NCBI GenBank assembly: GCA_029856045.1
Contig: JAHQWG010000003.1
Coordinates: forward strand, 1 to 64,000
Source of the DNA: Promethearchaeia archaeon
GTDB lineage: Archaea; Asgardarchaeota; Lokiarchaeia; Sigyniarchaeales; SOKP01
Length of the DNA: 64,000 nt
Direction of reading: 5' to 3'
The notes beneath the pieces were generated by a model. It was not told the DNA's origin and searched no databases. It was given only the letters and a program-made list of their open reading frames with translations. Of the stretch, positions 10,290 through 19,556 are shown piece after piece. The stretch's first letter is position 1, and each line of letters starts with the position of its first letter. Both the position numbers and the translations under genes were made by a program.

Positions 10290-11072
10290 CTAGTCATGAT
10301 ATTCCTTCTTTTTCTTCTTTTTACCTGACGAAGACCACCCACCAGAACCATCAATAGAATCAGCACCAGCAATTGCTGCAACAATAATGAGAACAACAAT
10401 TAGAACTATAACAAGAAATATCAATAAAAAACATAAGATTCTGAATGCAATAAATATCCAGAAATCATCTTTTATTTTTTTTGTCATTATTGTACCATAC
10501 AACATAATGATTAAGGATATACTAATTAAATATATCATAGAAACTAGAATTACAATCCAATTAGTGATTGCCATGACAAAAATATAAAATAATAACACCA
10601 TAATTATACCTATTGCTATTAAAAGGAATTGAAGCCAAAAATATCCAGCTGCAAGAAATTTATCCTTTAAGATAAGCCCCATTATTAATATAATTGCAGT
10701 TCCCCATACCGACAAACTAACAAAAACATGAACATATATCGAAAAATCCGAAAGCCATATAAATATAGGAACGCTGAGGACTCCGGCAGTAAAAGCGAAC
10801 ATAAAATAAATAATGAGTCCTGAAATATTTTTTCCTTTTCGGGAAACAATGTAAAATATAACGAATAAAATAGCATTTAGGATAATCATTATAACATATA
10901 TGGCGCCAATATCCAATAATGACGCTATTTCTGTGAAAATTATGCCAAAAAGGATTTCACTAATTAACCAAATTAAGGATCCAATAAATATAGTTGGCAT
11001 TACTTTTTGTAAAAATACTGTACGTTTAGAATCAGTAAGAATATATTTAGAAACCATTTTTAACAATCCCAA
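10290..11072 (-). CDS. Multi-pass membrane protein, possibly Bax-inhibitor-1/YccA-like
   Basis: About 7 hydrophobic helices; FAFTAG segment reminiscent of BI-1 family; basic C-terminal tail. Confidence 0.45.
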   Translation of the reverse strand: MGLLKMVSKYILTDSKRTVFLQKVMPTIFIGSLIWLISEILFGIIFTEIASLLDIGAIYVIMIILNAILFVIFYIVSRKGKNISGLIIYFMFAFTAGVLSVPIFIWLSDFSIYVHVFVSLSVWGTAIILIMGLILKDKFLAAGYFWLQFLLIAIGIIMVLLFYIFVMAITNWIVILVSMIYLISISLIIMLYGTIMTKKIKDDFWIFIAFRILCFLLIFLVIVLIVVLIIVAAIAGADSIDGSGGWSSSGKKKKKKEYHD

Positions 11073-11260
11073 AAATCTATTAAACTGATAATTAAATTAT
11101 TATCATTTATGGATTTATAAAGTTATTGATCAATAATTTTTTTTTTAAGAAATATCAGTCAATAATTTAAATTAGTTTTTTTATTTTATTATCGTAATAT
11201 AAATATATGGCGAAATGTTTTTTTAAAGATATATAGTTAAAAATTATAAAATAATAAGAA

Positions 11261-12205
11261 ATGCAATATCTCAAAAGTGAAGAATTAGCAAAAAAGATTT
11301 TGTTTACAGGTTTAGACTTCGCAGGAAAGAGCTCAATTATTCTTGCTCTACAGAAAGAATTTTCAAAGATAGCTATACTCAAACCTACTCGAGGCGCAGA
11401 CAGGAGCGTATTCTCTTTTTTAGGATATGAATTTAGTACTTGGGACCTCGGCGGTCAGCAGGCTTACAGAATTAATTATTTACGAAATCCGACTAAATAT
11501 TTTGATAAGACTGAGATTGCAATTTATGTAATTGATATTCAAGATCCAGCACGCTTTGATGATGCAATTGGATATTTAGCGGATGTTATTAAGCAATTTA
11601 AAGAACTTGAAATTGAACCTCCACTCTATGTCTTTTTCCATAAAGTTGATCCAGCATTAATTAAAGAATCAAAGACAGATTTAAACAATTTAATATTAGA
11701 TCTTACTGAAAAAATTAATAATGCCATAGAATATGAAAAAATTAATTTTTATGAGACATCTATTTATGATTTATTTTCCATCATGGCAGCTATTTCGGAA
11801 ATTTTACTTAATCTTTATCCGAAATCTAACCTTATTGATAAGACTCTTTCCGAATTCGGGAAAAAAATTGAAGCTGAAGGACTTATGATCATAGATGATA
11901 ATTCATTACTTGTAGGTAGATATTACTCGAATGATGAAATTAAGCAGATTTTAAGTGCAAGTTCTCCATATTTCTTAACATTACATGATAGGTTTAATGA
12001 GGCAGATATGGAAGGTTCTCCAAAAAAAGAGGATGAGGGAATGGTTGTACAAAGATTTGGAAAATATTTTCAATTTAAAGAAATTAAGTTCCGTTCTGAT
12101 CCTGGGGGACGATATTATTTATTGATTGCGAAAGATACTTATGAATTTGATATAAATTTAATAAACGAATTCGTAGAAATTTTCCAAGATATTTTTACAA
12201 TTTAA
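11261..12205 (+). CDS. Rag-like small GTPase (G domain plus C-terminal roadblock-like domain)
   Basis: GLDFAGKSS, PTRG, WDLGGQ, HKVD, ETSIYD; HKxD and TSIxD are Rag/Gtr-type G4/G5. Confidence 0.88.
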   Translation: MQYLKSEELAKKILFTGLDFAGKSSIILALQKEFSKIAILKPTRGADRSVFSFLGYEFSTWDLGGQQAYRINYLRNPTKYFDKTEIAIYVIDIQDPARFDDAIGYLADVIKQFKELEIEPPLYVFFHKVDPALIKESKTDLNNLILDLTEKINNAIEYEKINFYETSIYDLFSIMAAISEILLNLYPKSNLIDKTLSEFGKKIEAEGLMIIDDNSLLVGRYYSNDEIKQILSASSPYFLTLHDRFNEADMEGSPKKEDEGMVVQRFGKYFQFKEIKFRSDPGGRYYLLIAKDTYEFDINLINEFVEIFQDIFTI

Positions 12206-12358
12206 AACAGGAAAAACTCATTTGTTCTATAAATTCGAATATACTTGCTCTTTTATTAGTTTATAGAAGAAAAATATTTAACTTTTAATTATTATATTTC
12301 AGTTAGAGAAATTTTCTAAATTAAAAATCAGTAAAAATTTGTCCGAAGTGAAGATTGA

Positions 12359-13300
12359 TTGATAATTTGTCCGAATTGTGGTTTTACCAACGATAATCAA
12401 TCCCAATACTGCCGAAAATGTGGTACCGCAATTTCGAATGTTTTTTCCCCTCCAAAAGTAAAAATTCCAATCTTTAATTCTGAAAATGAAGAAATTATTG
12501 GGGATAAACGAGAGGTTAGAAATGATTTACAACCCATTCAGAGAGATACTAAAGTACCCCCAAAACAAAAAGAGCAAGAAAATACATGGACTCCAGATGT
12601 TTCAATTAATAATAAATATGATTTTAATCTCAGAAAAATACCAAAGGTTTCAGAAATTGATGAACCTACTACAAGAAAAGGGAGACCTGCTTCAATATTA
12701 CAAGAAATACCCCCACAACCCTTTTCACTTCAAAGTATTCCATTAACTAATAGTAAAAAGCAATCTTCCCAAGTTCAAAATATTCAGCCTCCAAAAAGAG
12801 AAGAAATATCTTCATCAATGACGAATGCAATGCAAACCCTTACAAAAAATCTTACAACTAAAAAGAAACCGATGAGAACTTCACAAGAATCTCTTGAAAC
12901 TCAACCGGATACAAAATATGAAGAGATCATCTCTAATAATTTGGATGAAATATTAAGAAACATATCAAGATTAGACAAGAATATAGAAGCTTCGGCAATT
13001 ATTAACCCTGATGGAGTGATATTATCTTCCGCACTTTCAGGAAGAGTAAATGACTCATTATTTGTCTCAATTGGAAAAACTTTATCGGTCATTGGTAATG
13101 ATATAGTTAATGCATTAAATACAGGAGCCTTAAAATCCGTTACAATTAATGGAACTCATGGAAAATTTAGTTTAGCGCCAATAGTCAGTGATGTTCTTCT
13201 TCTAATTTTAACTGGTCCGAGAGGAAAAGCAGGAATCATACATTTAGCTGTTAGCTTATTTAAAAAGCAATTTAAATCATATACGGAAAAGAGAAAATAA
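12359..13300 (+). CDS. Zinc-ribbon, low-complexity linker and roadblock/LC7 domain protein
   Basis: CPNCG..YCRKCG; Pro/Ser/Gln-rich middle; C-terminal IEASAIINPDGVILSS...VTINGTHG. Confidence 0.8.
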   Translation: MIICPNCGFTNDNQSQYCRKCGTAISNVFSPPKVKIPIFNSENEEIIGDKREVRNDLQPIQRDTKVPPKQKEQENTWTPDVSINNKYDFNLRKIPKVSEIDEPTTRKGRPASILQEIPPQPFSLQSIPLTNSKKQSSQVQNIQPPKREEISSSMTNAMQTLTKNLTTKKKPMRTSQESLETQPDTKYEEIISNNLDEILRNISRLDKNIEASAIINPDGVILSSALSGRVNDSLFVSIGKTLSVIGNDIVNALNTGALKSVTINGTHGKFSLAPIVSDVLLLILTGPRGKAGIIHLAVSLFKKQFKSYTEKRK

Positions 13301-13320
13301 TAATCACTAATTGCTGAATT

Positions 13321-14148
13321 TTAAAAAATATTTGTTAAATTTTTTTGAATTGTTATATTAGTTATTATTTCATAAATAAAAAATTTCTCGTTGTAATCAA
13401 ATTCTTGGATGAATCTGTTTAAATGAAAAATAGATACAATAGGAACTTGAATGTAACTTAATTTAACTTTATTCTCAATTAATGTTACAATCATTGGAAT
13501 AAGTTTAAAGGGCATAAATGCTTTTATTTTTTGAAGCTCATTTTGATTTAAAAGTATAGTAATTAATTTTGATATAACATCAGGATTTTTTATTAAGGCA
13601 CGCATTCTTCTTGATTGAAGTTTTGCTGCTCTATTAATTGCTGATAAATTATTTGTCCTACAATTCCAATGTTTTGCATCAATTAAAAGAATCAGTCTTC
13701 CCAATATGGCTATTACATCTATTTCATACCGTTTTTGATCAGTTTTACGATAATAATTTGAGTGATCAGTAAATCTAAAATTTTTTATTACTTTAAATTC
13801 ATTTTTTTCAAAAATCTTTGAAATTAAATCTTCAAATTCTTTCCAATTCAATAATTTTGACAATTTCATTATATCTATATCTAAATATTTAGCAGCCTCC
13901 AAAACAAAAAGAGATTTTTGAACTTTAATGTACTCATTATAAAATGTAAGACCACATTCAATTGATACCGAAAAATCTTTTATTAGTTCAATATCATATT
14001 GTGAGAAATTCTCAAAAAAATTTTCTTCAAGAGAGATATTAATATAAGTATTTTGAGTTCTATATTGGTCCAATTTACTTATATTGTAATAAATTTTTCG
14101 AAAAAATAAAGAAATGGTTTTATATTTATCAGAAAATTTAGAAATCAT
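13321..14148 (-). CDS. Mrr-like PD-(D/E)xK endonuclease domain protein
   Basis: WKEFEDL, EIDVIA, LIDAKHW. Confidence 0.7.
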   Translation of the reverse strand: MISKFSDKYKTISLFFRKIYYNISKLDQYRTQNTYINISLEENFFENFSQYDIELIKDFSVSIECGLTFYNEYIKVQKSLFVLEAAKYLDIDIMKLSKLLNWKEFEDLISKIFEKNEFKVIKNFRFTDHSNYYRKTDQKRYEIDVIAILGRLILLIDAKHWNCRTNNLSAINRAAKLQSRRMRALIKNPDVISKLITILLNQNELQKIKAFMPFKLIPMIVTLIENKVKLSYIQVPIVSIFHLNRFIQEFDYNEKFFIYEIITNITIQKNLTNIF

Positions 14149-14275
14149 TAAATTTCAAGGTTGAAATTTCATATAAAATTTTTATTAATCAATTTTTTTA
14201 ATCCTAAGATAATTTATAATACAACGAGACAATTCAATAAGTATAAAATTTCAATAGATAATATGTGAATATAGA

Positions 14276-14713
14276 GTGAAAAGCAAAAAATTGGAAGAAG
14301 AGTTTAATTTAGTTAAACATATGTTGCCAAATGTTATAAACAGTAAATTAGAGGTTGTCAAATTTAAACCCGAAGCGATTATTAATTCTTTATCACTTGA
14401 AACTGATGCAACAAGAGATGAAGCAAATCTTGTAACTCTAGAGGTAATAAGAAAGATTATCTCTGCAAATCTAAAAATTTTAACTGCACCCTTAATCAGG
14501 GAATTAGTCAATGCTACATTATTATCAAAAGGGCTTGAATTATATCGATATCAATATACTAGACTAGGATTACCTTTTTATGATTTTGGTAAGAAATTAG
14601 AATCTCAAAATATTAGTAGCGAAGATATTTTTAATCATTTAAAAACCGAATATGTGGAAGTAAAAAAATTAATAAATAAATTAAAAAATAGAGAATTTAA
14701 GGACAAATCATAA
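14276..14713 (+). CDS. Stand-alone ATP-cone protein (NrdD N-terminus-like)
   Basis: FKPEAIINSLSLET...TAPLIRELVNATLL..G.E.YR.QYTRLGLPFYD resembles the archaeal NrdD N-terminal cone; no catalytic domain follows. Confidence 0.65.
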   Translation: MKSKKLEEEFNLVKHMLPNVINSKLEVVKFKPEAIINSLSLETDATRDEANLVTLEVIRKIISANLKILTAPLIRELVNATLLSKGLELYRYQYTRLGLPFYDFGKKLESQNISSEDIFNHLKTEYVEVKKLINKLKNREFKDKS

Positions 14714-14901
14714 GTTGCGTTATAATAGATTAAGGAAAGTTAATCTTATTTTTTAAAGAGTTAATGATTTCTAACGATTCTTTAATTAAATTAAATTTAT
14801 TTTTTGGAACCAATTAAAAATAATTGAAGATTTAAATAAGTTAAATAGATGAAACTAGTAAAAATCTATTTATTGAAATAATTGATAGGAAAGGGTATAA
14901 G

Positions 14902-16332
14902 TTGGCTAATAGTCAGAATTCAAATAACGTAAAGAATATAGAAGAGTCTTCTATTATTAAAGCTATTGTTGTATCCATTTTTGATGCGGAAGGGCCAACA
15001 CCTAAATATTATTATCCAGAAAATTTAAATGAAGAATCACGGCTTTTAATAGCAATGAAAACCATAAGTTTGCTTATGGGGGAGGCAACATATCAAGATG
15101 GCAATGCAATAGAAGGCGTTAATTATTTTGGCATTTTACCTTTCCCAGATATAAAATTAAATGGATTGACCTATTTTTTTCTTATATATGACCCTGAAGC
15201 AAGAGGTCAAGCAAAAGCATCTACAATTACTATTTTAGTTGACGAGGAAAACAAATCATTTTTCTATGATAATATTAAATATTTACGAGTTATTATTGAC
15301 AAAGCTGCTTCTCAGATCCAAACTGCTCAGGACTCAAATGAAATGAAAAACATTTTAAATTCTCTACGTATGCAATTATTAAATTTTATCAAAGATTTAA
15401 AACACCCATTTTCTCAAACCAGACAAATAAAAATTTTATTTGCGGGATTGGATAGGTCCGGTAAAAGTTCATTTGTTCTTGGAATACAGAAAAAATATTC
15501 TGAAATAATAAAAGTCTTACCAACTAAAGGTGTATCAAGAGAGATAAGTGAGTTATTTGGTGCTCAACTCATACGCTGGGAACTTGGTGGTCAGAAAAGC
15601 TACCGAGATCAGTATCTTAAGGAAAGCGAAGTTTATTTATATAACGTTGATTTATTATTTTTCTTGATAGATGTTCAAGATTTAAAAAGAAGGGAAGAAG
15701 GATTAAAATATTTTAAAAAATTAATTGAATCTCTTGAAAACATTGATGATTTCCCTCCTATTGTATTATGTTTCCATAAGACAGACCCAGACATAAAAAA
15801 TGAAGAAAAAATTCGTGAAAACATTGAATTCTTAATTATGAGAATTCAAGAATTTACCCAAAATTATTATATTAAAATATTTGAAACATCAATATTTGAC
15901 CACTGGTCATTAGTCTCTGCCTTTTCCTACGGTATTAGTAGATTATCTCCAAATAGAGAGATTTTTAAAAAGCAATTGGAGTGGTTTGCTAATAAAACAG
16001 ATTCTGAAGCTATTTTACTCTTAAATGAAAAAGCAATAATTTTATCAAATTTTTCAAGAGATGATGTCTCAGGAAAAGTTTTCGAGATTTCCGCCCCTCA
16101 TTTTCAAACATTATATAAGACATTTAAAGAATTTAAGATTTTGAAAAAAGATTTCCTTGTATCTTCTGGAATTTCTCAAACTAAAAAGATATTATTTAAG
16201 AAACTTAGTATTGGGAAATTTAATTTATATCTTCTCCTATTCATTAGTAGTGAAGATTATATTGAGAAAATTGATGAAAATTTGGAAGAGTTTATTTCAA
16301 GAATTGAAGTATTGATACAAACATATATTTAG
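14902..16332 (+). CDS. Rag/Arf-like small GTPase with N-terminal uDENN/longin-like (FLCN/SMCR8-like) domain and C-terminal roadblock-like domain
   Basis: SIFDAEGPTP and YDPEARG in the N-domain; GLDRSGKSS, PTKG, WELGGQ, HKTD, ETSIFD. Confidence 0.85.
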   Translation: MANSQNSNNVKNIEESSIIKAIVVSIFDAEGPTPKYYYPENLNEESRLLIAMKTISLLMGEATYQDGNAIEGVNYFGILPFPDIKLNGLTYFFLIYDPEARGQAKASTITILVDEENKSFFYDNIKYLRVIIDKAASQIQTAQDSNEMKNILNSLRMQLLNFIKDLKHPFSQTRQIKILFAGLDRSGKSSFVLGIQKKYSEIIKVLPTKGVSREISELFGAQLIRWELGGQKSYRDQYLKESEVYLYNVDLLFFLIDVQDLKRREEGLKYFKKLIESLENIDDFPPIVLCFHKTDPDIKNEEKIRENIEFLIMRIQEFTQNYYIKIFETSIFDHWSLVSAFSYGISRLSPNREIFKKQLEWFANKTDSEAILLLNEKAIILSNFSRDDVSGKVFEISAPHFQTLYKTFKEFKILKKDFLVSSGISQTKKILFKKLSIGKFNLYLLLFISSEDYIEKIDENLEEFISRIEVLIQTYI

Positions 16333-16363
16333 GAAAAGAAAATTTAACTCCTATTTTTAAAAT

Positions 16364-17689
16364 TCAATAATTGTTAGAATAAGAATAGTTTTGATACATT
16401 GCTTCCTTTTTCTTCTTATTTTTACTAGTTTTTATAAAAATGTAAATTATAACTAATAGAGTTATTAGTAAAATTAATCCGACTATAATATACATCATAG
16501 TATTATCTTCTATTAAATTTACTTCAAGCACTTTAACGTTTATTAATGTATCATACTTGAAAATTGCATTAGATTGAAATACAGGACTTGGAAGAACCGA
16601 ATATTCACTAAATATTGATAAAGATGGAACTTCGAACCATGCTCCAATGTTCGCGGTTAAATGAATAAAGTCCATATAATTAAAATAGTTAAATCCAGCG
16701 CTACCCCAAGTTGGATCACATGGTATCCATCCTAGATTCGGGACGTAATATTCTAACCAAGCATGTAATAAAGCATTAGAATCAGGTTCTCCTGCAGAAA
16801 GTTGTGAATTTTTTAAAAAATTGCTATAATAACTCCATTCTGTGCCAACTATTGGATTATAGTTTGGTGTAGCTTGACCAGAAGCAGTAACATTGCTTAA
16901 AATCATGCCCGTGCATTTTCTAGCTGGAATTCCTTGGATTCTTAGTAAAGTAATCATCAAATCAGAGAATTCACTACAATCTCCCTCTTTATTTTGATAT
17001 GCCCACAGGGCCCCCCATTCTACGGGTTGTCCTACATATTCTATATTTTCAGAAACATAATCGTAAATTGCTTTAGCTTTATCAATTGGGTTGCTTAATC
17101 CTTCAGTAAGGCTATTAGAAAGAGCTATTAAAGTGGGGTCATTCATTTCAAAGAGTGGTTCTGCTTGACAATAAAGGTCATGAATTATATCTGAAGTGTT
17201 ATACGCACCAATATCTCCCCCAGGAACTCCCTCATCAAAAGAAATTTCATTCAATGTTATAACGTATTTCTGATTAATCGAAATAGGAGCACTATTCATA
17301 TTATTAATTGTTCTATTAAATAAATAGTAATGATTACCGAATTTATCTGTTTGAGTAATTATTTCAGTTCCATTACCTTCAATTGAATGAGTTTCTAATG
17401 ACGATACTTGTATCGGGGGAGTAAATACATATTCGCTAGGAATACGATTATCAAAAAAAGAGTTTTTTAAATAAAAAGTATAAGAATTTGTACCTAAACG
17501 AGTTAAAGTCCAATTAATCGTAATTTCGTAAGTAACATTTTGAATCATATTATAATGTGTTATTCCTGGGTATTCTGATTTAATCGAAACTTGTTCTAAA
17601 CCTTTCACAAAATTAAAGTGAATAAATGAGAGATGACAGAAAGTTAATTCAAATAAAATAAATGTTAATATAATTGTTTTTTTTTGCAT
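16364..17689 (-). CDS. Exported, membrane-anchored transglutaminase-like protein
   Basis: Signal-like N-terminus, GDCSEF, HAWLEYY..GWIPCDPTW triad, C-terminal TM plus basic cluster. Confidence 0.85.
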   Translation of the reverse strand: MQKKTIILTFILFELTFCHLSFIHFNFVKGLEQVSIKSEYPGITHYNMIQNVTYEITINWTLTRLGTNSYTFYLKNSFFDNRIPSEYVFTPPIQVSSLETHSIEGNGTEIITQTDKFGNHYYLFNRTINNMNSAPISINQKYVITLNEISFDEGVPGGDIGAYNTSDIIHDLYCQAEPLFEMNDPTLIALSNSLTEGLSNPIDKAKAIYDYVSENIEYVGQPVEWGALWAYQNKEGDCSEFSDLMITLLRIQGIPARKCTGMILSNVTASGQATPNYNPIVGTEWSYYSNFLKNSQLSAGEPDSNALLHAWLEYYVPNLGWIPCDPTWGSAGFNYFNYMDFIHLTANIGAWFEVPSLSIFSEYSVLPSPVFQSNAIFKYDTLINVKVLEVNLIEDNTMMYIIVGLILLITLLVIIYIFIKTSKNKKKKEAMYQNYSYSNNY

Positions 17690-17802
17690 AATATTATAAT
17701 TCTTATTTTTATCGATCTAATAAAGTTAAAAAATATAAAATTGACTATTTTAAATCGGTAAATTCCATTCAAAAAAATCATTAATCTAAAAGAGGCTTAT
17801 GT

Positions 17803-18447
17803 TTGATTTATAAAGTATTTTTGATAGATGGGAGTGATGGTATTCTTATTTTAGAAAAATCTTTTAAGGAATTTAATAAAAGTAAAAACTTAAAAACAGA
17901 ATTATTAACTGATTTCTTTAAAGAAGTAAATAAGATGATTGATGATTTACAAGATGCCATGACCAAGGGAAGTAGATTAGGTGATACAAATAGGATTATT
18001 TCTGGAGATTACTCCACGATAATAATGTATTACCATTCATTGTCTCATGTGCTATTTTGCTCAATATCTGATGATGATGATGATAAAGAAAAACTAATAG
18101 AAATACTACAAAATTTTGGGTTAAAATTTTATGAAAAATATGAAAAGGATTTAAAGAAATTTAGAAAAACCTCAGAAAAAAAATATTTTTTAAGTTTTAT
18201 TGATGAAATAGATATATTATCAGTTAGAGGTCGTGGGGCAGAAATATTACCAAAACTGATTATAGCAAAAAATGTTCTTGAACGTATCAAAAATATGGGT
18301 ATAATAAATGATAAGGAACTAAAAATTGCTCTAGAATGTAATGGAAAAAAGTCCCTTCTTAAAATTTCAAGGAATTTAAGTATAGTCGAGAGCAAAATAA
18401 GAGAGAGTCTTAAAAAATTGGAAAATTTAGAAATTATTAAATTATAA
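17803..18447 (+). CDS. Longin-like domain plus C-terminal winged HTH protein
   Basis: N-terminal VFLIDGSDGILILEKSF...LKFYEKY longin-like pattern; C-terminal CNGKKSLLKISRNL...LKKLENLEII wHTH pattern. Confidence 0.55.
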   Translation: MIYKVFLIDGSDGILILEKSFKEFNKSKNLKTELLTDFFKEVNKMIDDLQDAMTKGSRLGDTNRIISGDYSTIIMYYHSLSHVLFCSISDDDDDKEKLIEILQNFGLKFYEKYEKDLKKFRKTSEKKYFLSFIDEIDILSVRGRGAEILPKLIIAKNVLERIKNMGIINDKELKIALECNGKKSLLKISRNLSIVESKIRESLKKLENLEIIKL

Positions 18448-18547
18448 AAACTCATATTGACAAAAAAAAAAGAAAATTTCAAAAATTCATCTTAATTAAT
18501 AAACTCACAATTAATAATTTTTGAAAAACTGTAAAAATCGAATTATC

Positions 18548-19015
18548 ATGGTACAAAAACCAATAGTTATATCACCAAGTAGAAAAAAGGATTTTAAAAA
18601 AGGAACCGGTTTTTCACTTAGAGAGGTAAACAAATCAAATAAAACATTGCAAGATTTGAAAAGTGCAAAAATAAAGATTGATTTTCGCCGAAAATCAGAA
18701 TATCAACAAAATATTGAATACTTAAATAATTTAAAATTAGATTTGAAGAAAAAACCAAAACGTGAGCCTTATAGGAAAAAGGAAGAAAAACCTAAAAAAA
18801 TAATAAAAAAGAAAGTAATTAAGAAACCCCCAATAAAATTAACTTTATTAAATAAATTAGGCCCATCTACTGAAAAAAAAATGATTGAAATTGGAATTCC
18901 TGATGTTCAAACATTAATTAAAGAAGATCCTAAGGAAGTGGCTAGCTTAGTCTCAGGGTGTTCGGAAGAGCGAGTGATTAAATGGATTGAAGAAGGTAAA
19001 AGATTAGTTGAATAA
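18548..19015 (+). CDS. rpl13e: Ribosomal protein eL13-like fused to a C-terminal helix-hairpin-helix domain
   Basis: GTGFSLREV...IDFRRKS..QNIEYL matches eL13 GxGFSxxE...DxRRKS; Lys-rich linker then LNKLGPSTEKKMIEIGI HhH; ATG 18548 preferred over TTG 18521. Confidence 0.72.
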   Translation: MVQKPIVISPSRKKDFKKGTGFSLREVNKSNKTLQDLKSAKIKIDFRRKSEYQQNIEYLNNLKLDLKKKPKREPYRKKEEKPKKIIKKKVIKKPPIKLTLLNKLGPSTEKKMIEIGIPDVQTLIKEDPKEVASLVSGCSEERVIKWIEEGKRLVE

Positions 19016-19049
19016 TTATACTAAATAAAGAAAAATTAGTGCTATTATT

Positions 19050-19541
19050 TTGCAAAAAAATTATTATATTTATTCAAATGATAAATGTAAAATAGTTATA
19101 AATAAAACTCCCATCTGGTTCGAAGAAGTAAAAGTAGAAGGGAATCATGAAAAAGGAACAATATTTTTCGAATCTCATGAAGAATTTGACGAAAATTTTG
19201 GTAAAAGTGTAAAAATTGAATTATCATGGTACCCTAAGGAAAGAGAAGAATATTATCATGCTAGAGAAGTACAAGATTCTATTGATACTTATAATAGCAT
19301 TAATATTGTAGTTACAAAAAAAGAGACTATTTGGCTCTTAAGTCATGAATGTACATATTGGTTTGGAGCAAGGATTAAGATGATACGAAAAGGTTATTAT
19401 CCTTCAAAAATCATTCACTCAATATTTTTTTGTGAAATTACTGGGCGTGTTATAACTATTCATTTTGAAGTGATTAGAAAATATTACTTAAATTATGAGA
19501 AATATATAATTGAAATGCTTCAATCGATTATATGTCATTAA
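19050..19541 (+). CDS. Hypothetical protein
   Basis: 163-aa ORF, no recognised motif. Confidence 0.6.
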   Translation: MQKNYYIYSNDKCKIVINKTPIWFEEVKVEGNHEKGTIFFESHEEFDENFGKSVKIELSWYPKEREEYYHAREVQDSIDTYNSINIVVTKKETIWLLSHECTYWFGARIKMIRKGYYPSKIIHSIFFCEITGRVITIHFEVIRKYYLNYEKYIIEMLQSIICH

Positions 19542-19556
19542 ATAATAAATAAATTC

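Noticed and set aside
5511-14148. Defence island (VapBC, Mrr-like nuclease, LOG-family protein)
   Set aside because: The genes are dispersed among housekeeping and signalling genes and are common solo genes in archaea.
16364-17689. Transglutaminase-like protein as the archaeosortase substrate
   Set aside because: It has a C-terminal TM and basic cluster, but no recognisable sorting motif precedes the TM and a further tail follows.
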